Assembly (NCBI GenBank): GCA_963802675.1
Contig: CAWDJL010000008.1
Span: 392,041 to 456,040 of the forward strand
DNA length: 64,000 nt
DNA from: an uncultured Acidobacteriota bacterium
GTDB lineage: Bacteria; Acidobacteriota; Vicinamibacteria; Vicinamibacterales; UBA2999
Reading direction: 5' to 3'
The notes beneath the pieces were generated by a model. That model was given only the letters and a program-made list of their open reading frames with translations, had not been told where the DNA came from and did no database searches. Positions within the stretch are counted from its first letter, which is position 1; each line of letters opens with the position of its first letter. Below are positions 27,559 through 37,412 of the stretch, piece after piece. The position numbers and the translations under genes were made by a program.

Positions 27559-29644
27559 CTACGAGAGTGTCACCGTCTGTGCCGCAGTCGGGGTGCTCGT
27601 CCCGCAGGGGTTGGTCGACGCCACGCTTAAGGTGTAGGTACCGGGCCCGACCGGTGCCGAGATCGAGCGCCCTGCAATCGGAACCTCGTGGTTATACGTC
27701 CCCCTGACAATCAGGATGTAGCCGGTCGGCGCCGCGCCATTGAGGGCGGGTGCCCACGACACTGAGATCACGTTGCCTGCGTGCGTCGCCGAGAAATTGA
27801 CTGGCGTTTGCGGTGCTGCGCAGGATCCGGGAAACGTCAGAGTGACCGTATTGGACGGTCCGCTGCTGCCAGATTCGTTGAAGGCGCGCACGGCAAACGC
27901 GTAGGTGCCGGGAGGCGCGCCCCCGAACGAAAAACTGTCCGACAACGGCAGAGGGAACGAGCCGTTCGCCGCACCGGTCACATCGATCATTACGCCGGTG
28001 GCGGCGCTTCCCCCCGTGGCGTTCCGCCAGCTCAGTGACAGTTGATCGCCGTTGGCCAGTCCCAGCAGGCCAGTTGGCGCAGCGGGCGGCGCTGTCACGT
28101 TCACGAGCAGCTGCACTTCGTTCGAGGCTGCGCTTTTCGTGCCCCCGGCCATCGCGTGCACGCGGACGTAATAGATCCCGCTCGGCGCGACGAACGATAT
28201 CGTCGGCGTCACCCCTCCCGTCGGCAGGCTCGCCAGCACCGCGCCAGGCGACGCCCCACCTTCGACCACGTACCCCGTTGGCGTCACGCCGCCGTTCGGG
28301 GCCGCCCATGAGAGCGTGACGGTATTACCCACCAGCGATGCCACCGTCAATCCGGAGGGAGGCAAAAGCTCGGCGGCCGCTGAATATTCGTCAGCTCCCA
28401 CATCCGCCGGCGCGCCGCGCGGCTGGCCATCGATGTCCCAGGGCACCGGGGTGGAAATCGCCGCCGCCTGATCGATCGCAGCCGAGGCGGTGGGCCTCAG
28501 GTGCAGGTCGCCGGTGGCGGCGCTCACGAACAGCCCCGCTGCCGCATGGGTCACGTTACCGGCGAGCGTTGCCGCACCGGAATCGCGAGGCTTGAGATCG
28601 TGGCTCACCAGGTTGTTGGCAATCGACGCCGCGGTGTAAGGAAATCGCCATTCGATCGACGAGGAGTTCGGTGTTCGCGTTGAAAAGACGGTGTTGTGCA
28701 GGATCTTGGCGCCGCACGCCTGCTCGAGCGCGATGCCCGTGTCGAAGCCGGTACTGACTGTCGAACAGGTCGGGGTCGTTGGCAAACACGAAGTTATTGG
28801 TGATAACGCCATCGTAATGGCCGATGTACGGTCGATTGCTGCACGGCTGATCCGGATACGCACGCCCGACGCGAGCCGACTCCAACCCAAACCCGATCCC
28901 ACGCACCGAGTTGAAGATCACATTGCGATCGACCACGGTGTCGCGGCTCCCCGTCCACACGTGAATCGCATGCTCTGACAGGCCGGACGCGCACCAAAAC
29001 CCGTCAAAGCGATTCGCATAAATCTGCCACCCGCGCGCCTGATGGATGTCGATGCCGCCGGTGTAGCAGTTGTTGCGCACGTGAGTCCGGCCGGTATCGG
29101 TCAGTTCCAACGACGAACAACGGATGGTGCCGTTGTCCACATACTGACTATCGACGTTGTTCACTTTCACGAACTGCTCTGCGCCGTCGACGATGCGCAA
29201 GTTGTGAAGCAGCGCGCCGGTAATCGAGCCGGCCGAGGGGGTCACATGCACGACGTGGTAGAAGGCACGCATCAAGGTCATATCAGCAATCGTGACGTTC
29301 GATTCCTGGAGTGCGATCACCGTCCCGGCCTTGTACTGTCCGTCGAGAATCACGCTGTCGCGGTTTCCAGAGGCAGAGCGAATCGTCACGCCCGGTGCGC
29401 GAAACACCAAGGCCTGGGGAAGCACGTAGGTGCCATCAGCGAGCCGAATCGTGTCACCCGTGTTGGCAGCGGCGACGATCGAGCGAAGATTGGCGGCCTG
29501 CGCGGGTGTGACGTCGATGACGTTGCCTGTCGGGGCCGGCAGCGGGCCGCAACTCACTTGCGCGGCGGTCGGGGACGGCAGAAGCAGAATGGCGAGCAGC
29601 GTGCACACGGAACAGACCAGGCCGGCGGGTCGAATCTGACGCAT
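27559..29644 (-). CDS. secreted right-handed beta-helix protein with three FN3-like modules, one frame break near 28760
   Basis: Signal MRQIRPAGLVCSVCTLLAILLLPSPTAAQ. Beta-helix repeats (NVTIADMTL, HNLRIVDG, VVDRNVIFNS). C-terminal FN3-like repeats (PSGLTVASLVGNTVTLSWAAP.., PTGLLGLANGDQLSLSWRN.., PVNFSATHAGNVISVSWAP..). Confidence 0.75.
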
Positions 29645-29992
29645 AGCGATTCCTTAGCGCGAGACACAGTGGTCTGTGCGGTCACGCACGAACGTGGCAG
29701 CACCACGTGTCGCTCAGCCCGGGGAATGATCGAGACGGTCGCGTGCCGCGCTGTTGTTGGTACGCCGTAAAGGCGTCCGCAACACCGCTTGGGGAGGTGG
29801 TCGATACTGCGGAAAGCAGCAGCCACCATAGTAAGCGGCGCGCCCGGCTGTCAAACCACGCCGCCGCCTCAGTCTCAGTGGCCTCCGCTCGATGCAAATA
29901 TCGGCAGATTTCAGCGCGACTATGCACTCATCGCTCAGATTTTTCCACGCGCATTCACGAGTCGATGCAGGCCTGCGCAAAACTGTGGAGGC

Positions 29993-30029
29993 GGGGACAG
30001 GCCCTGTCATCGGGGGACAGGCCCTGTCA
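29993..30029. promoter_or_regulatory. two tandem copies of the 13-bp palindrome GACAGGCCCTGTC, 20 bp apart
   Basis: ggggacaggccctgtca at 29993..30009 and again at 13..30029 of the same kilobase (30013..30029). The site lies just 3' of the aminotransferase stop and ~350 nt upstream of the beta-helix gene start. It could be an operator or a terminator. Confidence 0.4.
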
Positions 30030-30035
30030 CGAAAC

Positions 30036-31175
30036 TCATCCGTGCGAGTGGATAACCGGCATCAGGTCCCACACTCGCCAGAATTCGTCCATCTGCGCGG
30101 GCGTCCCCAGAGATACGCGAACGTGTTTTCCGTAATGAGGGATCGGAGGGGGGAGGACGAGACCGTGGCTGGCGAAATGGGCGATGACCACGGCAGCGGG
30201 ACGACCCGTGTCAATCATCGCGAAGTTGGTCTGAGAATCGATCACGCGCAGCATCCGCGCGTTGGCTTTGTTGAAAAACTCCTGCCGGTCGTTGGTGTTT
30301 CGACTCTGGCTCGCGCTCACATGATCGCGATCTTCGATCGCGGCGGCGGCGGCCGCCGCCGCCACGCCGCTCACACCCAGCTGAACGCCCTTCGCCACCA
30401 GGCGGGCGGCGAGCTCAGGGGATGTAATCGCGTAGCCCACGCGGAGACCTGCGAGGCCGTGGATCTTCGAGAAGCTTCTCACAACGATCACTCGGTCGCG
30501 CCCGGCGGGCCGATCGATGAACGATCTCGAATCAGGCGATTCTTCGACGTACTGATGGTACGCCTCGTCGATGACGACGGTCGGCCCAGTCGGGAGTCTG
30601 AGGAGGAACTCGTCGAGGTCCTGCCGTCGCGTCACCATACCGGTTGGATTGTTGGGATTGCAGATGTACACCAGGCCGGTCGCCCTGCTGCAGGCCGTCA
30701 GCATGGCCCGCAAGTCGCAGGAATGGCCCGGCGAAAGCGCGATCGCCGCAACCTTGGCCCCGCGGGCCACGGCGAAGTCGGATAAGACCTCGCAGGTGGG
30801 TCGAGCCGTGACCAGCATCCGAGTGGGCGCCAGAAACGCATCGGCGGCCATTCGCAGGATCTCTGTCGATCCACAGCCGATGACGACCTGCTCGGCCCGA
30901 ACGTTGTGAAACGAGGCGATGGTTGATCGCAGATGCTTCAAACGCTCCTCGGGATACTCATGCGCTGCCGATGGTGCGACGTCGCGAATGGCGGCCAGCG
31001 CGCGGGGCGACGGACCATACGCGTTCCCGTTGTCGTACCTCCGAGGGGGCCCAGCCAGCCCGTGGCCCGTAACGGCCGGCGAAGCTGTTGCTTCCGCCAG
31101 CACTGGTGACGCCACAACGGCGACTGCCCCACGCCCTAGACCCCGCAGAACCGTTCGTCGTGTGACCGACGTCAT
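30036..31175 (-). CDS. Tat-exported class I/II (HisC-like) PLP aminotransferase
   Basis: Twin-arginine signal MTSVTRRTVLRGLGRGAVAVVASPVLAEA. Motifs ICNPNNPTGM and RSFSKIHGLAGLRVGYA (PLP lysine). The start overlaps the upstream stop as ATGA. Confidence 0.8.
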   Translation of the reverse strand: MTSVTRRTVLRGLGRGAVAVVASPVLAEATASPAVTGHGLAGPPRRYDNGNAYGPSPRALAAIRDVAPSAAHEYPEERLKHLRSTIASFHNVRAEQVVIGCGSTEILRMAADAFLAPTRMLVTARPTCEVLSDFAVARGAKVAAIALSPGHSCDLRAMLTACSRATGLVYICNPNNPTGMVTRRQDLDEFLLRLPTGPTVVIDEAYHQYVEESPDSRSFIDRPAGRDRVIVVRSFSKIHGLAGLRVGYAITSPELAARLVAKGVQLGVSGVAAAAAAAAIEDRDHVSASQSRNTNDRQEFFNKANARMLRVIDSQTNFAMIDTGRPAAVVIAHFASHGLVLPPPIPHYGKHVRVSLGTPAQMDEFWRVWDLMPVIHSHG

Positions 31176-33643
31176 TGTGTAACCGTGAAGTTGTTACTGG
31201 TCGCCATCTTGACGAACCCGTCATTCCTGAACAGGCGAAGCTGATACGTACCTGGCACCGCCGATGCCGGCACCGGAATCGCGCACGAACCGCTTGGGAC
31301 GGGACCGCCAGGCGTCTGCGAGCAGTTCACGTATCGCCAATTGATGATCGCGGTATCGGCGCCGCTAGCCGTGTGGACGCCGATCCAGTCGGTCGGGCTC
31401 GCACCGGAAATGCCGCTCCACGTGGCGGTGACCGCCGTCCCGCGGACGACTGTACTCGGCGACGCGGTCAGCGTCGGCGGCGACGGCAGGGTCACCGTAA
31501 ACGCCGGACTCACCCCCAACAGCGTGAAGCCGTCGTTACGGAACAATCTGATTTCGTACTGCCCGGGAGCAAGAGTGGCTGCGAGCGGCAGGCTACATTG
31601 TCCGCTTGGTATTGGGCCGGTCGGGGTCATGGTGCAGTTGACGTACCTCCAGGTGACAAACGACCCGTTCGGCGCGCCGAGACTGTAGAGGCCAAACCAA
31701 TCCATCGCCGCGGGCCCAGTGATGCCGCTCCACCCAACGGTCACCGACCCTCCCGCTGGAACAGAGGGCGGGGTTACGGTGACCGTCGCGGAGCCACTTG
31801 GCGCACTGACTGCGAAGTTGTTGCTGGTCGCCAACTTGACGAAGCCATCGTTACGGAACAAGCGGAACTGGTAGGTGCCGGGCGACAGGCTGCTCGTCCC
31901 GGGAAGTGCGCACGATCCCGAGGCCGCGGCGGCGCCCGGCGTCTGCAGGCAGTTGACGTACGCCCAGCTGAGAAATACTGCATCGGCAGCGCCCGGCGTG
32001 AAGATTCCGATCCAATCCATGGGAGCGGGGTTGATGATGTTCGACCACGTGGCGGTGACTAGCTGGCCCGCGGTGACAGTGGCGGGGGCTGCTGTCAACG
32101 TGGTCGTTCCGCCCCCGCCCGAAGCCAGGAATTGAACGAATCGCGCCGTCGAGGGAACGCCCGCAGAATTCAGGATGAACACCATGTAGTATCCGGGCGG
32201 CGCGATGTTTCCATGGGGCGGCGCCACAACGTTGAGGACCCCGCTCCCGGCCGTGAACGACAGGCGGACTAGGCGCTGTTCGTTGTCGAACGCGTGCGTC
32301 GGCGCTCCCGGTCGAATGGCGACAACCGAGGCGATCGACCCGGCGTTCGGGGTTTCGATCTCAAACGTTGCACCGTAGTCGACCGCGTTCGACGGGCCGT
32401 CGGTGATGATCGGGCGCGTTGCGGGCGTGCCGTTGGAGTTGAACAAATACGCTGGTGAGTAGATCTCGATTTGTCTTTCGTAGTCCCCGCGCTCGGGGTT
32501 ACCGCCGGAGAGCATCACGGTCGCGTCCGGCAGCAGCAGCGAGTTGGAATGGTAAAGCCGCGGTATTGCGTTGGCACCCGCCGACGTGCGCGTGATGGGA
32601 CTGACTTCCGGATTGAAGAGATCGGCGTTGAGGCTTTTCGTGTTCTCGTCCTCATTATTGACCGACCCTCCGGTTACCAGGATCCGACCGCTCGGGAGGA
32701 TCGTCGCATTCAATTGAATCCGGGCTTGCGACATCTGGATTGCGTTTGCCCAGGCCGGCGACGCTGCCAAAGGTTCGATGATCTCCGTCGTCGCCGTCGC
32801 GGGATTGGCGCCGCCGAAGATCATGACGCGAGCGCGATAGTTATCACTTGGGGACAGCGGCAACAGCACCGACGTTCCGTACGGACGAGAAGTCGTGAGG
32901 ATGGTGTTGGCAATGACCGACGACCACGTGTTGTTCGTCGTGTTGAAGATCCTCGAGCCACGGCCCGAGCCAGCGTAGAAGAGGTTGCCGTTCGGCAAGA
33001 GGTGCATTCGCGGGTAGAGCGGTGGGGTCCAGTTCGCAATGTATTCTTCGCTCCACCCGCTGCCCACGGTGTAGATCTCGACCGCCCTATTGGTCGGACC
33101 ATTCTCGTCGAGGCCGGAAAAGGTCCAGATGCGGCCATCCCCGAGGACGATCGGGGTCGGGTACCACCTGCCATGGGCCATGTCTTCGACGTCGGTGAAC
33201 ACTTCGGTCTTCGGATCGAAGACCGAAGTGCGTTTCTCTCCCAGGAACGGGTCGTAGGCCAGGTTGCCACCGTTGATGAACATCCGCCCGTCGGGCAGGT
33301 TGACCATGGCATTGCAGAACATGTCCCACAACACGGGCTGCGTCGCGAACGTCCGGGTCAGGGGGTCCCATACCGTCGCCCGCCAGTTCGTTTCAGTTTC
33401 ATCATTGCCGGAGCCTGCCACGATCAGCACGCGCCCGTCCGTCATCAGGCCCACGTGAATCGGGTTGATCGGCACCTCGTTTTGTGCGCCTGTCAGAATC
33501 TGCCACTGACCGATCGAACCAGCCTGAGCGCTCGGGTTTGAGGACCAGGGACTGAGTAATCCGAGGGTGGCCACCAAGGCGGCCAGGATGGAAACCCGAA
33601 TCGAGCGTGCGGGCGGAGGTAAGGGCCAGTCAGCGGAACGCAT
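31172..33643 (-). CDS. secreted copper-radical oxidase (galactose/glyoxal-oxidase-like Kelch propeller + DUF1929) with three C-terminal ~100-aa repeat modules
   Basis: Intact 823-aa ORF. Active-site contexts DMFCNA (Cys of the Tyr-Cys link), GRWYPT, RLYHSNSLLLPDATV and APTHAFDNEQR. Signal-like N-terminus. Confidence 0.8.
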   Translation of the reverse strand: MRSADWPLPPPARSIRVSILAALVATLGLLSPWSSNPSAQAGSIGQWQILTGAQNEVPINPIHVGLMTDGRVLIVAGSGNDETETNWRATVWDPLTRTFATQPVLWDMFCNAMVNLPDGRMFINGGNLAYDPFLGEKRTSVFDPKTEVFTDVEDMAHGRWYPTPIVLGDGRIWTFSGLDENGPTNRAVEIYTVGSGWSEEYIANWTPPLYPRMHLLPNGNLFYAGSGRGSRIFNTTNNTWSSVIANTILTTSRPYGTSVLLPLSPSDNYRARVMIFGGANPATATTEIIEPLAASPAWANAIQMSQARIQLNATILPSGRILVTGGSVNNEDENTKSLNADLFNPEVSPITRTSAGANAIPRLYHSNSLLLPDATVMLSGGNPERGDYERQIEIYSPAYLFNSNGTPATRPIITDGPSNAVDYGATFEIETPNAGSIASVVAIRPGAPTHAFDNEQRLVRLSFTAGSGVLNVVAPPHGNIAPPGYYMVFILNSAGVPSTARFVQFLASGGGGTTTLTAAPATVTAGQLVTATWSNIINPAPMDWIGIFTPGAADAVFLSWAYVNCLQTPGAAAASGSCALPGTSSLSPGTYQFRLFRNDGFVKLATSNNFAVSAPSGSATVTVTPPSVPAGGSVTVGWSGITGPAAMDWFGLYSLGAPNGSFVTWRYVNCTMTPTGPIPSGQCSLPLAATLAPGQYEIRLFRNDGFTLLGVSPAFTVTLPSPPTLTASPSTVVRGTAVTATWSGISGASPTDWIGVHTASGADTAIINWRYVNCSQTPGGPVPSGSCAIPVPASAVPGTYQLRLFRNDGFVKMATSNNFTVTQ
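31175..32104 (-). repeat. three tandem coding repeats (101-105 codons each) at the 3' end of the oxidase gene
   Basis: Each module contains W(S)..DW(I/F)G....W.YVNC..TP....SG.C..P.....PG.Y..RLFRNDGF. Modules 1 and 3 both end GFVK(L/M)ATSNNF.V. Confidence 0.85.
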
Positions 33644-33844
33644 GTGTTACTCCGAAGAGGGTGTCAGGCGACGCTATGTATGGTCGAGCTGCCGGTTTTG
33701 ACGCAATAAACGGACCCACCTGACCCCGGTGATTGCACAGTGATCCAGCCCTGCAGCATGGGCATTGTCTGCGCCCGGGCAGACAGAAGTCCGGCAAACC
33801 TGCCGCGGTAGAGCTGACGTCCGGCTGCTGCTAGAATTCCGCGA

Positions 33845-34450
33845 ATGCCGGAGGGCGACCGCAGTTTCTTCCGTGCCCACGCCTTTCTCGTCGTCGCGGC
33901 GGCCCTCCCATTGGCCGTCGTCGGCCTGTTTCTGCTGGCGGCGGCGATTCCGCGCTGGACCGTCGCGGCCCCTGAATACGACCTGCTCCTCCGAGCCAAC
34001 GGCCCCTACGATCGGACGCCACCGCGTGCGTCGGTCGATTTCGCCGTCCGTGATGGCCGAGTCGAAGCCACCGTGCGTGCGCTTTCTGGTGACCGCAGCC
34101 CCCAGCCAGCCACGTTATTTCTGTTCGACCACAAGACCTCGCAGGTTCGCACGATCCCATTCGAGATTCCCAACGTGACTGAAAGTACGTCACCCATGAC
34201 AGTGCCCGTTGAGGCCCTTCGAGGGGTCACGATTCTGGACGAGCCCGTTGCCCCCGATGGTTACACCTTCGAGTCCCGCATCAACCGCGGGCCCGGCATT
34301 GTCGGCGAGCTATTCGGAATGAACCGCTACGATTCGCGGGCGGCCCTCGTCAACGGAGGCCGAGTCGTTCCCATCGGGGCCCTGTCGTCCAGCGCCTACC
34401 AGTTGCCTTTCTCCGCCCTCGGCTGGGTCATCAGCGATGGCCAGCGCTGA
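33845..34450 (+). CDS. hypothetical membrane-anchored protein
   Basis: One N-terminal TM helix (FLVVAAALPLAVVGLFLLAAAI). It overlaps the next gene by 14 nt. Confidence 0.5.
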   Translation: MPEGDRSFFRAHAFLVVAAALPLAVVGLFLLAAAIPRWTVAAPEYDLLLRANGPYDRTPPRASVDFAVRDGRVEATVRALSGDRSPQPATLFLFDHKTSQVRTIPFEIPNVTESTSPMTVPVEALRGVTILDEPVAPDGYTFESRINRGPGIVGELFGMNRYDSRAALVNGGRVVPIGALSSSAYQLPFSALGWVISDGQR

Positions 34451-35450
34451 CGTGGACGCCCGCAGCCGCGCGCTGGAAGAAATCATGACCCTCGCGCGCA
34501 CGCACCAGTTGTCTGGCGCCGAGATCGCGGCAGCAGTCGGCGATGCCCCAGCAGCCGCGTCGGACAATCGCGCGCGACGGGTCGTGGTTCGCGTGCTGGG
34601 CGTGCTCGGTGGATCCTTCGTCTTCGCCGGCGTCTGTGCCTTCATCGCCCTCCAGTGGGATCACATGAACTCCGCGTCTCGTGTGATCGCGACGCTGGGC
34701 CCTGGCATCGTCGCACTCGTACTGGCCGTCCTGGCGAGCCGCGAATCGCGCTTCGAGAAGGCAACCACTCCCCTCTTGCTCGTCGCGTCAGCACTGCAGC
34801 CAACTGGAATGCTAGTCGCCTTCGACGAGTTTGGAACCGGAGGCGATTGGCGTTGGGCGAGCCTCACAGTATCGGCCGTCATGGCCTTGCAATTCGGCTC
34901 GCTGTTCGGCTCGATGAGGCGGTCGACCACACTGCTGATTGCGGTGCTGTTTGCGGCGCTGTTCTGGTGGACGACCTTCGACTTGCTCAACCTGGATGAC
35001 GCACTCGTTGGCCTATCGCTCGGTGCGATGTTGTTGCTGGCGGCTGTCGGAGCCACTCGACTCGGACACCGCGACATCACGCCGCCGATGTACTGTGTCG
35101 GCGCCGTGATGTTTCTCTATGGCATTTTCGAGGCTGTCGAAGACGGTCCGGTCGAGGTGCTCTTCCTCGCGGTGGCCGCTGGCTTTGTCTACCTGAGCGT
35201 CATCCTCCACAGTCGAACACTGCTCGTCGTGGCGACGCTTGCAATTCTTGCCTATACGGGCTACTTCACCAGCGAACACTTCGCCGACTCGATCGGGTGG
35301 CCGGTCAGCCTGATTGCCTTTGGCCTGTTCATGATCGGCCTCAGCGCGTTGGCCCTTCGCATCGATCGCGACTACGTGCGCCAGCCGCCACGAGTCGATG
35401 GCGACGCCGTACAAACGAAGGGCGGGACCTCGTCCCGCCCTGTCGGTTGA
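34437..35450 (+). CDS. hypothetical polytopic membrane protein (DUF2157-like topology)
   Basis: A soluble ~45-aa head is followed by about 9 predicted TM helices (VLGVLGGSFVFAGVCAFIAL, GPGIVALVLAVLA, ...). Confidence 0.55.
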   Translation: MASADVDARSRALEEIMTLARTHQLSGAEIAAAVGDAPAAASDNRARRVVVRVLGVLGGSFVFAGVCAFIALQWDHMNSASRVIATLGPGIVALVLAVLASRESRFEKATTPLLLVASALQPTGMLVAFDEFGTGGDWRWASLTVSAVMALQFGSLFGSMRRSTTLLIAVLFAALFWWTTFDLLNLDDALVGLSLGAMLLLAAVGATRLGHRDITPPMYCVGAVMFLYGIFEAVEDGPVEVLFLAVAAGFVYLSVILHSRTLLVVATLAILAYTGYFTSEHFADSIGWPVSLIAFGLFMIGLSALALRIDRDYVRQPPRVDGDAVQTKGGTSSRPVG

Positions 35451-35468
35451 ATCAGACTGCCGTGCGCT

Positions 35469-37361
35469 TTAGCAGACCACGCACTTGTTGCTGTTCTTCG
35501 ATCCCAGCTTCATCAGCAGCGCCACCGTCTCCGGAATGGGCGACAAGCGCTGCACGGGGCTATTCGCCATGTCGGCCGTGGTCTGTCCACTGCGCGCGAC
35601 GGCCTTGGGATCGGCGCCCTTCGACACGAGGTACAAGATTGCTTCGTTGTCGCCACGGGCGGCGGCGTGATGGAGCGGCGTGTAGCCGTCGTTGTCGCGT
35701 GCGTTGACGTCGGCGCCGAGCTCTTCGACGAGATACTTGATTGCCGGGAGCCAGCCGTCAGGAGCATGGCGATGCGCGTTGCCGGCAAACCCCTCGCCGT
35801 ACTCGACGCCGGCCGCGGCGTGGATCGGGAACGCGCCCGGACCGCCCGGAGGCACTGGCGGGGCCGTGTATCGCTCCTGTCCTTCTTCGGGTGTTGGCGC
35901 CACGGCGCCGCCCGCCCCCACGTCACGGCCGACCAGCGCACCACCCTGGCCAGGAGCGCCTTGCCGGCCACTTTGCGCTGCCGGAGGAGGGCCGCCGCCA
36001 CCGCGGCGAATCTGTTGTGCGGGAGCCATCGTTGGAATATTGGGATCCGCACCGTAGCGCACGAGCAGCTTCATGGCATCGACGTCTACGGCATACGCGG
36101 CACGCCAGAACGGGGTCGAGCCGGAGTTGTCGGCGAGACCGCAATTGCGATTGCCGCAGCCGGTGTACACCATGTACCAGGGATGCGACTGGATGCGGCC
36201 GTTCACATCGGCGCCTACCTTTACGAGCGCTTCCATGACCTGCAGGTACGTCGTCTTCTGCAGCTCCATGTTCTGGGGTTGCGGGAAGCGGGTCCGTGGC
36301 TGCCACTGCGTGTTGATCGTTGCCCATAGCGGCGTGACCCCATTGCCCTTCGAGGCGATGTTCGGGTCCGCGCCCTTCTCGATCAGCAACGTTGCGATAT
36401 CGAACTGGCCGTTGATCGCGGCCATCAACAGAGGCGTCGTGCCGTCGCCGGTGGTCTGCTGATTGATGTCAGCGCCGCCCTCGATGAGGACACGAGTCGT
36501 CTCGACATAGCCCTGGCGGACGGCGTGATGCAAGGCCGTCAATCCGCCCTTGGCGGCGACCGGCGGATTGATTTCTTCCGGATTGAAGTTGCGGTCAGTC
36601 GTATCGGGGCCGGCCGGGCGCGCCTCAGGAGGCGGCACTTTCCCCGAGAGCAGCAGCTCGCGCGCCGCTTGTACTGAAGCCTGGAGCTGACTGGCCGTCG
36701 CCTTCTGCCCCTTGGGCACGGTCGCTTCGAGGATCTTCGTCTGCAACAGACGAGCCGCGCGATCGAGCGCCGCCTGCTGCGCAAGATCAATGAACTTGCT
36801 CGTCACGTTGGCGTCGGCGCCGCGCTGGAGCAGCAGCTTGACGGCGGCGGTGCGATCCGCGGCGGCGGCAAACATCAGCGGCGTCTGGCCCCACTCGTTT
36901 TCGAGGGCGTTGATTTCCGCCTTGTGATCGAGCAGGGTCGTGATCGTATCGAGGTCACCGGAGGCTGCTGCCAGGTGCAGAGGCAGCACCCCACTCGGGG
37001 ACGCCTTCGCGGCGACGTCGGCTTTGGCAGCGACCAGCGCTTTGGCCACCGCGGCGTTGCCCGTCCGAGCGGCCACATGGAGTGGTGTGTACTGCCCGAT
37101 GCGCGTCACGGCCGCAACGTTGGCCCCGCCGTAGATAAGGATATTCGTCAGCTCGAGGTCGCCGCGCTCAGCGGCCCAGTGCAGAGCGGTCATGCCGTCG
37201 CCCTGCGGCGCATTGACGTCGGCGCCCTCTTTCATCAGGCTCTTCACCGCGTCGCGGTCGCCCGCGCGCGCGGCATCGGCCACGGGGGATTCGACCGCTG
37301 CGCCCACCGACGCGGTCATCACCACAGCAGCCAGCGCGATCGCACTCACGCGAAATCTCAT
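35469..37361 (-). CDS. secreted ankyrin-repeat protein
   Basis: Signal MRFRVSAIALAAVVMTASVGAA. Many ANK units (GMTALHWAAERGDLELTNILIYGGANVA, YTPLHVAARTGN, GYTPLHHAAARGDNEAILYLVSKGADP). Intact 630-aa ORF. Confidence 0.85.
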   Translation of the reverse strand: MRFRVSAIALAAVVMTASVGAAVESPVADAARAGDRDAVKSLMKEGADVNAPQGDGMTALHWAAERGDLELTNILIYGGANVAAVTRIGQYTPLHVAARTGNAAVAKALVAAKADVAAKASPSGVLPLHLAAASGDLDTITTLLDHKAEINALENEWGQTPLMFAAAADRTAAVKLLLQRGADANVTSKFIDLAQQAALDRAARLLQTKILEATVPKGQKATASQLQASVQAARELLLSGKVPPPEARPAGPDTTDRNFNPEEINPPVAAKGGLTALHHAVRQGYVETTRVLIEGGADINQQTTGDGTTPLLMAAINGQFDIATLLIEKGADPNIASKGNGVTPLWATINTQWQPRTRFPQPQNMELQKTTYLQVMEALVKVGADVNGRIQSHPWYMVYTGCGNRNCGLADNSGSTPFWRAAYAVDVDAMKLLVRYGADPNIPTMAPAQQIRRGGGGPPPAAQSGRQGAPGQGGALVGRDVGAGGAVAPTPEEGQERYTAPPVPPGGPGAFPIHAAAGVEYGEGFAGNAHRHAPDGWLPAIKYLVEELGADVNARDNDGYTPLHHAAARGDNEAILYLVSKGADPKAVARSGQTTADMANSPVQRLSPIPETVALLMKLGSKNSNKCVVC

Positions 37362-37412
37362 ACGCAGTCTCCGGGAGAGGGCGGGCCGTCAGCCCCGCCC
37401 GACCTCTTGTTG

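Noticed and set aside
33664-33999. A 111-aa minus-strand ORF upstream of the oxidase gene.
   Set aside because: It is Arg/Ala-rich and overlaps the start of the plus-strand membrane-protein gene 33845..34450. It also sits in the likely promoter region of the oxidase, so it is treated as non-coding.
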